From an uncultured Thermoleophilia bacterium (GTDB lineage: Bacteria > Actinomycetota > Thermoleophilia > UBA2241): 43,003 nucleotides of DNA. How positions within the stretch are numbered: the first letter of the stretch is position 1; every line of letters starts with the position of its first letter. Position numbers and translations under genes: made by a program. The notes beneath the pieces are model-generated. The model ran no database searches. It saw nothing but the letters and a program-made list of their open reading frames with translations, and was not told the DNA's origin. Positions 33,477 through 42,359 of this stretch are shown piece after piece. The stretch covers positions 1 through 43,003 of the forward strand of contig CAYTRM010000001.1 in the NCBI GenBank assembly GCA_964440225.1, written 5' to 3'.

Positions 33477-34369
33477 CGGGCAAGCACATCGAGCTGTTCC
33501 TCGTAGCGGGCGTCCCGGGCGGTATCACCACTGCGGAGATCGCCGGCTGGGCCGGTCACGTTCTCGCCGGGCCACGCTCTGACCTCGGCGATGTGCTGAG
33601 GCGCCCGGAGGCGAAGCGCAACGGCGCGTACTTCCTGCTCGGCGACGACGAGGAGGCGGTGGGTGGCGTTCGCTGCTACATCGGGCGCACGGAGAACTTC
33701 ATCGCCCGGTTCCGCGACCACTCGGCGAAGAAGGAGTTCTGGGATCGCGTGGTCCTCATCACGTCGAAGGACGACTCGTTCACCGAGGGCCACTGGGGCT
33801 ACCTCGAGTGGCGGCTCGTGGAGCTCGCGAAGCAGGCCGCGCGTGTCACGCTGGCCAACGGCAACGATCCGCAAGGCCGCAGGCTCTCGGAGGCGCAGGC
33901 CTCGGACATGGAGGCGTTCCTGGAGCAACTGCAGATCGTCTTGCCGGTACTCGGCGTGAACGCGATCCGGGTTCGACCGCAGGCGGCGCCGGCGCAAGCA
34001 TCGAAGGATGCCTCTCCGGTCTGCAGCCTGACGAACGCGAAGCTCAAGGTGGAGGCGACCGCGCAGCAGTTGGGCGACGAGTTCACCATGCTGAGAGGTT
34101 CGCGGATCGTCGGCATGTGGTCGGCGATCGGCAAGGCGGAAAGTACACAGCGCTCGTATGCCGCGTATCGGGCTCAACACGAGCGACTGGTGGCGGACGG
34201 CTCGATCGCGGTGGAGGGCGGCGTCGGTGTGCTCACGCGGGACGTGCCGTTCGGCTCGCCGTCCTCGGCGGGGGCCATCGCCCTGGGTCGCTCGTGCAAC
34301 GGTCGCATCGAGTGGAAGACGCCTGACGGGGGCTCGTACGGCGACTGGGAGAACCGTGGGGTGGAGTGA
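33473..34369 (+). CDS. GIY-YIG nuclease-family protein with DUF4357-like C-terminal domain
   Basis: ATGA overlap with the hsdS stop. GAYFLLG...CYIGRTENFIARFRDH (GIY...YIG...R). C-terminal TMLRGSRIV...RSYAAYRAQHERLVADGSI...LTRDVPFGSPSSAGAIALGRSCNG fits DUF4357. Confidence 0.7.
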   Translation: MTGKHIELFLVAGVPGGITTAEIAGWAGHVLAGPRSDLGDVLRRPEAKRNGAYFLLGDDEEAVGGVRCYIGRTENFIARFRDHSAKKEFWDRVVLITSKDDSFTEGHWGYLEWRLVELAKQAARVTLANGNDPQGRRLSEAQASDMEAFLEQLQIVLPVLGVNAIRVRPQAAPAQASKDASPVCSLTNAKLKVEATAQQLGDEFTMLRGSRIVGMWSAIGKAESTQRSYAAYRAQHERLVADGSIAVEGGVGVLTRDVPFGSPSSAGAIALGRSCNGRIEWKTPDGGSYGDWENRGVE

Positions 34370-34491
34370 GGCGGCGACTGCTCCGAATGACATCGTGAGC
34401 CAATAACGATATCAACTGGCTCATTCATGATGCATTTCGTGCCTGGCGCGAGTGCCTCTGGGACGAGTCGTGCTTATCTGTCGTCGCTCGC

Positions 34492-34519
34492 GCCATTTTC
34501 GGTGCGCACCGAAAATGGC
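34492..34519. other. Perfect 28-nt palindrome GCCATTTTCGGTGCGCACCGAAAATGGC (operon-end hairpin or protein-binding site), with a third GAAAATGG half-site at 34528-34535
   Basis: Read directly. Located in the 283-nt AT-richer spacer between the GIY-YIG gene and abiEi. No U-tract. Confidence 0.6.
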
Positions 34520-34585
34520 CCCAGAGTGAAAATGGGCGCAGGACGAATCTGTCGTTGTTGAGTTGCTCAGGGCCGGCGATGACAA

Positions 34586-34646
34586 ACTCGGGAGTGCGAT
34601 AAAAACCTCGGGTAATGTTGACAACTTCCGAGTAATCTATCACACT
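34586..34646 (+). promoter_or_regulatory. Candidate abiE promoter/operator: TTGACA (34618-34623), 17 nt, CACACT (34641-34646); repeated ACTCGGGAGT-type motifs
   Basis: ACTCGGGAGT (34586-34595), CCTCGGGTA (34606-34614) and inverted ACTTCCGAGT (34624-34633) bracket the -35. The -10 ends 6 nt before ATG 34653, compatible with a leaderless transcript. Confidence 0.35.
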
Positions 34647-34652
34647 GCGCCC

Positions 34653-35270
34653 ATGGGACGGGAACCGTCAGGGAGTGCCGTGCGTGCCGCAGAGGAGATC
34701 TTCCGTGCCGCGGGAGGTACTCTCCGCACCCGCGAAGCTGCCGCACGCGGCATTCACTATTCGACCCTCTATGGGATGCGGGATGACGGCCTTCTCGAGC
34801 GACTTTCACGGGGAGTCTATCGCCTTGCAGAGCTCCCAGCGCCGGGCAAGTACGATGTTGTGACCGTGGCCGAGCGTGTTCCTGACGCGGTGCTCTGCCT
34901 CATCAGCGCACTCGACTTCCACGAGATCGGCACGCAGATACCCGCATGGGTGAACATCGCGATAGGACCCAAAGCCTGGCATCCGCGGTTCGACTACCCG
35001 CCCGTCCGCGTGTATCGGATGTCGGGCGAGGCCCTCACGGCGGGCGTGGAAGAGCACACGATCGATGGCACGCCGGTCATGGTGTTCAGTCCGGCGAAGA
35101 CAGTCGCCGACTGCTTCAAGTTCCGGAGCAAGGTGGGGCTGGACGTCGCGCTCGAAGCGCTCCGGGAGACGCTTCGGAGCCATAGGGCGACGCGTGGCGA
35201 GATCATGCACTTTGCCGCCATCGACCGAGTCACGAAGATCGTTCGCCCGTATCTGGAGGCGACGGAATGA
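34653..35270 (+). CDS. abiEi: Type IV toxin-antitoxin system AbiEi-family antitoxin/transcriptional regulator
   Basis: LRTREAAARGIHYSTLYGMRDDGLLERLSRGVYRL (winged-helix N-domain) and CLISALDFHEIGTQIP...VFSPAKTVADCFKFR, typical of AbiEi. Confidence 0.85.
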   Translation: MGREPSGSAVRAAEEIFRAAGGTLRTREAAARGIHYSTLYGMRDDGLLERLSRGVYRLAELPAPGKYDVVTVAERVPDAVLCLISALDFHEIGTQIPAWVNIAIGPKAWHPRFDYPPVRVYRMSGEALTAGVEEHTIDGTPVMVFSPAKTVADCFKFRSKVGLDVALEALRETLRSHRATRGEIMHFAAIDRVTKIVRPYLEATE

Positions 35271-36178
35271 GTCAGCGCGTAGTGAGCAACATACCTGCCT
35301 CAGTCCGTGCACGCCTCCTCAACGAAGCCAGGGCAAGCGGCGACTCGTTCGACCAAGTGCTCCAGTATTTCGCCATCGAACGCTTCCTCTATCGGCTGTC
35401 CAAGACCGAGTGGAGTGGGCGCTTCATAGTTAAGGGCGCGATCATGCTGAGGGCCTGGGACTCATCGCTCGGTCGGCCGACACGAGACATCGACTTTCTG
35501 GGTCGGGTCGACAACTCCCCCGAGGCCCTTGTGGAAGTCGTACGCGAGTGTCTCGCCGTCGCGTATCTCGACGATGGAATAGTGTTCGACCGTGAGATCG
35601 AGGCGACCGCGATCAACGCCGAGCGGGACTACCCTGGAGCAAGGGTGGTGCTTCGCGGCAACCTTGACGGAGCCACGTTCAAGCTGCAGCTCGACGTCGC
35701 GATCGATGACGCGGTCGTACCGGATCCCGCATGGATCGACTACCCGACGCTTCTGGATCTCGACGCGCCACGCATCCTGGCCTACCAGCCCGTGACGGCG
35801 CTCGCGGAGAAGTACGAGACGATCGTACGCAGGGACGTTGAGAACAGCCGTCTGCGAGATTACTACGACATCTGGCTCGTCTCGAGGTCCCGATCGGTTC
35901 TCGGTTCTGAGCTGGCGGCTGCCATCGCCGCGACGTTCGGGCATCGCGGGACGCCTCTGATCGCCGCGATCCCGCCGGGCCTCTCCGAGACCTTCTACGA
36001 GAGCCCAGAAGCACGGAGTTGGTGGCGGTCGTTCCTGCTGACCAAACGAGTCGATGCGCCCGACGACCTTGCGGTCGTGTGCGCGATGATCACCGCGTTC
36101 ATCCTGCCGCCCGCGATCGCAGTCGCTTCGGGAACGCCGTTTGCTCCGAAATGGAATCCGTCGACAGGATGGTCATGA
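35267..36178 (+). CDS. abiEii: AbiEii/AbiGii-family nucleotidyltransferase toxin
   Basis: ATGA overlap with abiEi. FIVKGAIMLRAW...RPTRDIDFLG and LAEKYETIV...NSRLRDYYDIW match the family pattern. Confidence 0.85.
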   Translation: MSQRVVSNIPASVRARLLNEARASGDSFDQVLQYFAIERFLYRLSKTEWSGRFIVKGAIMLRAWDSSLGRPTRDIDFLGRVDNSPEALVEVVRECLAVAYLDDGIVFDREIEATAINAERDYPGARVVLRGNLDGATFKLQLDVAIDDAVVPDPAWIDYPTLLDLDAPRILAYQPVTALAEKYETIVRRDVENSRLRDYYDIWLVSRSRSVLGSELAAAIAATFGHRGTPLIAAIPPGLSETFYESPEARSWWRSFLLTKRVDAPDDLAVVCAMITAFILPPAIAVASGTPFAPKWNPSTGWS

Positions 36179-39100
36179 CCGACGCCAGAACCGCACACTA
36201 CGACCCGATCGTCGTGAGCGCGGAGAGCACGGTCGTGGCCGAGTACTTCTCGGAGTCCGCGGACGAGGCGGCATATCAGTCTGAGGCCGCTCTGGAGCGG
36301 GGGTTCATCAGCGTCCTGCAGTCTCAGGCCTGCGAGTACCTGCCGCTCACGAGCGAGGCCGAGCTCATCGCGAACCTCCGCGTGCAGCTCGAGGCACTCA
36401 ACGGGATCACGTTCAGCGATGGCGAATGGGAGCGGTTCTTCCGGGAGAAGATCGCCGGCGCCAACGAAGGCGCCGTCGAGAAGACGGTGCGCATCCAGGA
36501 GGACCACGTCCAGATCCTGAAGCGCGACGACGGCTCGACCAAGAACGTCGCGCTCATCGACAAGACGAACATCCACAACAACCGTCTTCAGGTCATCAAC
36601 CAGTATGAGGTCGAGCAGCGTGAAGGCGGCACGGCGCGGTCGAATCGCTACGACGTGACGGTGCTGGTGAACGGCCTGCCGATGGTGCACGTCGAGCTCA
36701 AGCGTCGCGGTGTGGACATCCGCGAAGCGTTCAACCAGATCGACCGCTACCAGCGCGACAGCTTCTGGGCAGGCTCCGGCCTGTTCGACTACGTGCAGCT
36801 CTTCGTGGTCAGTAACGGCACGCTCACCAAGTACTACTCCAACACGACCCGCCGACGGCACGTGAGCGAGAGGGCGGGCTCGAAGCGGGTGCGCAAGACC
36901 TCGAGCTCGTTCGAGTTCACCTCCTGGTGGGCGGACGCGACGAACCGACCCATCCAGGATCTCACCGCGTTCGCCAAGACGTTCTTCGCCAGGCACACGC
37001 TGCTCAACATCCTGTGCAAGTACTGCGTGCTCACCGCGGACAGGGCGCTTCTGGTGATGCGACCGTACCAGATCGTCGCCACCGAGCGGATCCTCCAGCG
37101 GATCGAGATCTCCACCAACTACAAGCAGCTCGGCAAAGTCGGCGCGGGCGGCTACGTCTGGCACACGACCGGCTCAGGCAAGACGCTCACGAGCTTCAAG
37201 ACCGCGCAGCTCGCGACCAGGCTGCCCGGCGTCGACAAGGTGCTCTTCGTCGTCGACCGCAAGGACCTCGACTACCAGACCATGCGCGAGTACGACCGGT
37301 TCGAGAAGGGCGCCGCGAACTCCAACACGTCGACGGCGGTGCTGAAGAAGCAGCTCGAGGATCCCGCGGCGAGCATCATCATCACGACGGTCCAGAAGCT
37401 CTCGACCTTCGTCGCGGCGAACAAGGGCCACCGCATCTACGACGGTCACATCGTCATCATCTTCGACGAGTGCCACCGGTCGCAGTTCGGTGAGATGCAC
37501 ACCGCGATCACCAGGGCGTTCAAGCGCTACCACCTCTTCGGCTTCACGGGCACGCCGATCTTCTCGGTCAACGCGGGAAGTGGAGGCAACCCCCAGCTCC
37601 GGACCACAGAGCAGGCCTTCGGCGACAAGCTGCACACCTACACCATCGTCGATGCGATCACCGACAAGAACGTGCTGCCGTTCCGAATCGACTACGTCAA
37701 CACGATCAAGTTGCCGGAGGGCGTCGCCGACGAGCAGGTCTCGGCGATCGACACGGAGAGGGCGCTCCTCGCTCCCGAGCGCATCCGTCAGATCGTCGGC
37801 TACACCCTGGAGCATTTCGACCAGAAGACCCGACGGGCAGAGCGGTACTCGCTGTCCGGCAAGCGCGTTCACGGTTTCAACGCGCTCTTCGCCACGGCCT
37901 CGATCGAGGCCGCGAAGCGCTACTACCTTGAGTTCAAGGAGCAGCAGAAGGATCTGCCGCCCGATCGCAGGCTCAAGGTCGGGATCATCTTCTCGTATGC
38001 ACCGAACGAGACGGTGGACGACTACCTGGACGAGGAGGGCTTCGAGACCGGCGCTCTCGACCAATCCTCACGCGACTTCCTGGGCGACGCGATCCGGGAC
38101 TACAACGCGCTGTTCGGCACGAGCTTCGACACCTCGGCCGACAGGTTCCAGAACTACTACAAGGACCTCTCGCTGCGCCTGAAGCGCCGCGAGATCGACC
38201 TGGTCGTCGTCGTGAACATGTTCCTCACGGGGTTCGACTCGACGACCCTGAACACGCTGTTCGCCGACAAGAACCTGCGCGCGCACGGGCTCGTTCAGGC
38301 CTACTCGCGCACGAACCGCATCCTCAACTCCGTGAAGACCTACGGCAACATCGTCTCGTTCCGCGATCTGGAGCAGGAGACCAACGACGCGATCGCGATC
38401 TTCGGCAACAAGGATGCTCGCGGGATCGTGCTGCTCAAGCCGTACGGCGACTACTACTCCGCGTACGCCGCGAAGGTCGCGTTGCTGCTCTTTCAGTACC
38501 CACCGGGGACGCGGATCGTGGGGGAGTCGGAGCAGAAGGAGTTCATCGCGCTCTTCGGGGCCATCCTGCGCCTGCAGAACATCCTCACCTCGTTCGACGA
38601 CTTCGCCGGCAACGAGATCCTCACGGAGCGCCAGGCGCAGGACTATCGCAGCGTGTACCTCGACCTCTACGCCGAACTGCGCGGCAAGGCGGATGCCGAC
38701 AAGGCGCCGATCAACGACGACATCGTCTTCGAGATCGAGCTCATCAAGCAGGTCGAGATCAACGTCGACTACATCCTGATGCTCGTCCAGAAGTGGCGCG
38801 ACGCCCACGGTGACGGCTCCGACGTGGAGATCCGCGCGTCGATCAGCCGCGCCGTCGACGCCAGCCCCAGCCTGCGCAACAAGAAGGACCTGATCGAAGC
38901 CTTCGTCGATTCCGTCTCGGTCGACGGAAAGATTGACGAGGAGTGGCGGGCGTTCGTGCGTGCGAGGCGTGAGGCCGAGCTTGACGCGATCATCGCAGCG
39001 GAGGGGCTCCGTCCGGACGCGACTCGTGCGTTCATCGACACAGCCTTCCGCGATGGCGCCGTGCAGACGACGGGTACGGCAATCACCAGGGTGCTGCCGC

Positions 39101-39207
39101 CGGTGTCGCGATTCTCGCCCGACGGGGAGCACGGAGAGAAGAAGCAGCGCGTGCTGGCGAAGCTCGGTGAGTTCTTCGAGCGGTTCTTCGGGCTCGGCAC
39201 GAGCTGA
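36169..39207 (+). CDS. hsdR: Type I restriction endonuclease subunit HsdR (type IC-like length)
   Basis: Nuclease region YDVTVLVNGLPMVHVELKRRG, helicase motif I WHTTGSGKTLTSF, motif II IIFDECHRSQ. Start at ATG 36169 (alternatives 36151 or 36175) overlaps the abiEii stop at 36176-36178. Confidence 0.92.
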   Translation: MVMTDARTAHYDPIVVSAESTVVAEYFSESADEAAYQSEAALERGFISVLQSQACEYLPLTSEAELIANLRVQLEALNGITFSDGEWERFFREKIAGANEGAVEKTVRIQEDHVQILKRDDGSTKNVALIDKTNIHNNRLQVINQYEVEQREGGTARSNRYDVTVLVNGLPMVHVELKRRGVDIREAFNQIDRYQRDSFWAGSGLFDYVQLFVVSNGTLTKYYSNTTRRRHVSERAGSKRVRKTSSSFEFTSWWADATNRPIQDLTAFAKTFFARHTLLNILCKYCVLTADRALLVMRPYQIVATERILQRIEISTNYKQLGKVGAGGYVWHTTGSGKTLTSFKTAQLATRLPGVDKVLFVVDRKDLDYQTMREYDRFEKGAANSNTSTAVLKKQLEDPAASIIITTVQKLSTFVAANKGHRIYDGHIVIIFDECHRSQFGEMHTAITRAFKRYHLFGFTGTPIFSVNAGSGGNPQLRTTEQAFGDKLHTYTIVDAITDKNVLPFRIDYVNTIKLPEGVADEQVSAIDTERALLAPERIRQIVGYTLEHFDQKTRRAERYSLSGKRVHGFNALFATASIEAAKRYYLEFKEQQKDLPPDRRLKVGIIFSYAPNETVDDYLDEEGFETGALDQSSRDFLGDAIRDYNALFGTSFDTSADRFQNYYKDLSLRLKRREIDLVVVVNMFLTGFDSTTLNTLFADKNLRAHGLVQAYSRTNRILNSVKTYGNIVSFRDLEQETNDAIAIFGNKDARGIVLLKPYGDYYSAYAAKVALLLFQYPPGTRIVGESEQKEFIALFGAILRLQNILTSFDDFAGNEILTERQAQDYRSVYLDLYAELRGKADADKAPINDDIVFEIELIKQVEINVDYILMLVQKWRDAHGDGSDVEIRASISRAVDASPSLRNKKDLIEAFVDSVSVDGKIDEEWRAFVRARREAELDAIIAAEGLRPDATRAFIDTAFRDGAVQTTGTAITRVLPPVSRFSPDGEHGEKKQRVLAKLGEFFERFFGLGTS

Positions 39208-39210
39208 GGC

Positions 39211-39993
39211 TCAGGCGGTGACGCCCACCTCGGCGAGGTCGTCCACGACCACGTCGGCGCCGGCTGCGGCGAGCTCCGCAGCCTGGCCCAGCCGGTCCAC
39301 CCCGATCACGAGGCCGAACCCGCCGCGGCGTCCGGCCTCGACGCCGGAGAGGGCGTCCTCGACCACCACGGAGCGCGCCGCGTCCACGCCCATGCGGCGC
39401 GCCGCCTCCAGGTACATCGCCGGGTCCGGCTTGCCCGGCAGCCCGACCTCCGCCGCGACGACGCCGTCCACGCGCACCTCGAAGAGGTCTGTCGTGCCGG
39501 TCACGTCGAGCACCATGGCGGTGTTCTTGCTCGACGACATGAGGCCGGTCCGGATGCCGGCCGCGTGCAACTGCCCGATGAGCTCGACCGTGGTGGGGAA
39601 CGTCTTGACGCCGTGCTCGCGCACCTCGGCGTTGAAGAAGGCGTTCTTGCCGTTGCCGAGCCCGCACACCGTCGTGCGCTCCGGCGGGTCGGAGGGGTCG
39701 CCCCACGGCAGCTCGATGCCGCGTGAGGCGAGGAAGTCGCGTACGCCGTCGTAGCGCGGCTTGCCGTCCACGTAGCGGGCGTAGTCGGCGTCGAGGTCGA
39801 AGGGCCGGAGGGCGGGATCGGGCGTGGCGCCCGGGCTTGCGCCCGCCCGGGCGGCGCGCTCGGCGAGGTACGCGTCGAAGAGCCGCTTCCACGCCGCCGC
39901 GTGCACGGCGGCCGACTGGGTGACGACGCCGTCCAGGTCGAAGATGACGGCGTCGAACCTGCCCCTGTCGATGGTCACGCGCTCGTCGTCCAC
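39211..39993 (-). CDS. HAD-superfamily hydrolase, beta-phosphoglucomutase-like
   Basis: Motif I AVIFDLDGVVT, motif II MSSSKN, GKPDPAMY, motif III VVVEDALSGVEAG. Preferred start is GTG 39993, preceded by GGGAGG-N6. The ORF track's upstream ATG at 40134 is possible. Confidence 0.8.
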   Translation of the reverse strand: MDDERVTIDRGRFDAVIFDLDGVVTQSAAVHAAAWKRLFDAYLAERAARAGASPGATPDPALRPFDLDADYARYVDGKPRYDGVRDFLASRGIELPWGDPSDPPERTTVCGLGNGKNAFFNAEVREHGVKTFPTTVELIGQLHAAGIRTGLMSSSKNTAMVLDVTGTTDLFEVRVDGVVAAEVGLPGKPDPAMYLEAARRMGVDAARSVVVEDALSGVEAGRRGGFGLVIGVDRLGQAAELAAAGADVVVDDLAEVGVTA

Positions 39994-40300
39994 GATCCGC
40001 CTCCCGTCCTGGTGATCCCGGAGATGGTACCCGCTTTCGCGCGACCGCGAGCCGGCATCATCGCCGGGTCGGACGGAGTCGCTGCAGAGCGCCGTATTCG
40101 TGGCTGAACCCGCCGTGTCTGTGCGACGTCTCATCCTTCAGCGAGCGGATGCGACGTTTTTCGCATCAGGCTGCGTCCAATCAGCAAGGCCACAGGCTTG
40201 GTACCCCGGGGCCGATGTGAGACCATAGGCCCTGGCCGTCGCCGAGCTTTTGGGGAAATCGTCGGCGCCATCGGGCATCAACGATCAAAAGGGGGGGATC

Positions 40301-42160
40301 GTGACCCATTCACGACGCGTTCATCCGTTACTCATCCTGCTCGTCGTCGCGGCGGTGGCCGTGTTAGGTCTTGTGTGGGCCATGGACGCGGCCGGGTCGG
40401 AGGAGGCCTCGCCGGCCGCGGCCGACACCGGCAAGGTCGTCTACAAGGTCGGGTGGAACGGCGATCCCGACAACATCAACCCGCTCATCGGCTACACGTC
40501 GCCGGCGTTCGAGATCTGGTACCTCACCTACGACTCGCTCGTCGGGTACGACCCGGCCACGCTCGCCCCGATGAAGGGTGAGGAGTCCACCGGCCTCGCC
40601 ACCGAATGGTCGGTGAGCGACGACGGGCTCACGTGGACCTTCACCATCCGCGAGGGCGCCACCTGGCACGACGGTGTGCCGCTCACCGCCAAGGACGTGG
40701 CGTTCACCTACAGCTACATCATCGACAACGAGATGGAGAACTGGACCGCGTACACCAACCTCATCGAGACGGCGACGGCGGTCGACGACACCACCGTGGT
40801 GTTCGAGTGCTCGAAGCCCAAGCCGGACATGACGCGCCACTACGTGCCGATCCTGCCGGAGCACGTCTGGTCCAAGATCGACCCGAAGAAGGCGGTACGC
40901 GGCTACTCGAACGACCCGCCCTACATCGGCTCCGGGCCGTTCAAGGCCATGGAGTGGAAGAAGGACTCGCACGTCAAGCTGGTCGCCAACCCCGACTACT
41001 GGGGCGGCGCGCCCAAGATCGACGAGCTCTACTGGATGTTCTTCACCAACGTCGACACCATGCTGCAGGACCTCAAGTCCGGCAACATCGACGGCTGCGT
41101 GGATCTGCTCGCCGGCCAGCTCAAGCAGCTCGAGAACGAGCCCGGCATCGAGGCCAGCGCCATCGCCATGGACGGGTTCAACGAGCTGGGCTTCAACTGT
41201 TACAAGGACGGCCCCAGCAAGGGCCACCCGGCGCTCAAGGACTGGAAGTTCCGCCAGGCGCTCAACTGGGCGGTCGATCTGCAGAAGGCGGTCGACGTGG
41301 TGTGGCTCGGCTACACGGCGCCGGGCTCGACGATCATCCCGCCGGACTACTACAGCGACCCCGACTGGCACTGGGAGCCGCCGGCCGACGTCAAGTACAG
41401 CTACGATCCGGAGAAGGCAGGCGCGGCTTTGGACGCGGCGGGCTACCCGGACTCGGACGGTGACGGCGCGCGTGAGTACAAGGGCAAGCCGATCGAGCTC
41501 GGGCTGATCTCCCGCTCCGAGTCGCCGGAGAGCCAGCAGACGGCCAAGCTCATCGCCGGCTGGTTCCAGGATGTGGGCATCAAGGTCAACGTCGAGGTCA
41601 TGGACGAGGCCACGCTCACCGACAACCACCTGCTCAACTACGACGGCGACACCTTCACGCCCGACTACGACATGTTCCTGTGGGGCTGGTACCTCGACTT
41701 CGACCCGGGCTCGATGCTGAGCTACTTCACCAAGGCCCAGATCGAGAACTGGAGCGACTGCGCCTGGTGGGATCCGGAGTACGAGGAACTGTACGTCAAG
41801 CAGGGCGAGGAGCTCGATCCGGTCACGCGCAAGGAGTACATCGACCGGATGCAGCAGATCCTCTACGAGCAGACGCCCTACATCGTCACCGACTACGGCC
41901 CGGACTTCGAGGCCTACAACACCGAGAAGTGGGAGGGCTACATCGCCATCCCCGACCCGAACGGCAACCGGCTCATGCCGCCGTTCGGCAACTGCGGCAA
42001 CGCCAACTTCCTGAGCATCGGTCCGAAGACCGCGGTCGCGGCCGAGGAGAGCAGCGGCGGCAACACGACGCTGTGGGTGGTCATCGGCGTCGCGGTCGCC
42101 ATCGTGGTGATAGTGGCCGTGCTGCTCCTGCGCCGCCGGCCGCGCGCGACGGAGGAGTGA
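40301..42160 (+). CDS. ABC-transporter substrate-binding protein, family 5, N-terminal signal/anchor plus C-terminal TM anchor (SBP3)
   Basis: AAAGGGGGGGA RBS before GTG 40301. WHDGVPLTAKDVAFTYS, ILPEHVW, GSGPF. C-terminus SSGGNTTLWVVIGVAVAIVVIVAVLLLRRRPRATEE. Confidence 0.85.
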   Translation: MTHSRRVHPLLILLVVAAVAVLGLVWAMDAAGSEEASPAAADTGKVVYKVGWNGDPDNINPLIGYTSPAFEIWYLTYDSLVGYDPATLAPMKGEESTGLATEWSVSDDGLTWTFTIREGATWHDGVPLTAKDVAFTYSYIIDNEMENWTAYTNLIETATAVDDTTVVFECSKPKPDMTRHYVPILPEHVWSKIDPKKAVRGYSNDPPYIGSGPFKAMEWKKDSHVKLVANPDYWGGAPKIDELYWMFFTNVDTMLQDLKSGNIDGCVDLLAGQLKQLENEPGIEASAIAMDGFNELGFNCYKDGPSKGHPALKDWKFRQALNWAVDLQKAVDVVWLGYTAPGSTIIPPDYYSDPDWHWEPPADVKYSYDPEKAGAALDAAGYPDSDGDGAREYKGKPIELGLISRSESPESQQTAKLIAGWFQDVGIKVNVEVMDEATLTDNHLLNYDGDTFTPDYDMFLWGWYLDFDPGSMLSYFTKAQIENWSDCAWWDPEYEELYVKQGEELDPVTRKEYIDRMQQILYEQTPYIVTDYGPDFEAYNTEKWEGYIAIPDPNGNRLMPPFGNCGNANFLSIGPKTAVAAEESSGGNTTLWVVIGVAVAIVVIVAVLLLRRRPRATEE

Positions 42161-42224
42161 CCCCCGGTGGGTCGCGCGGCCTGACTGGTCGCGGGACCTG
42201 ACGGGCGCAGCCCCCGAGGGATGA

Positions 42225-42264
42225 CGGGGCGGGCGGGAGGCGTAAGAGCCTCCCGCCCGCCCCG
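42225..42264 (+). terminator. Strong GC hairpin (17-bp perfect stem, 6-nt loop) downstream of SBP3
   Basis: CGGGGCGGGCGGGAGGC-GTAAGA-GCCTCCCGCCCGCCCCG. No U-tract, as is common for high-GC actinobacterial terminators. Confidence 0.6.
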
Positions 42265-42359
42265 CCTCACGTTCACTCCCCGGCCGCCGCTGCCGATACA
42301 GTCGCTGAGCGGCGCGGGCGCCGGTGTCCGCGCTGGACGGCGGGCGGGGAGGAGAGCAC

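Noticed and set aside
34421-34643. Two overlapping minus-strand ORFs (67 and 72 aa) in the spacer upstream of abiEi.
   Set aside because: The region is AT-richer, with no RBS and no coding-type third-position bias. It is better explained as the abiE promoter/operator and palindrome region.
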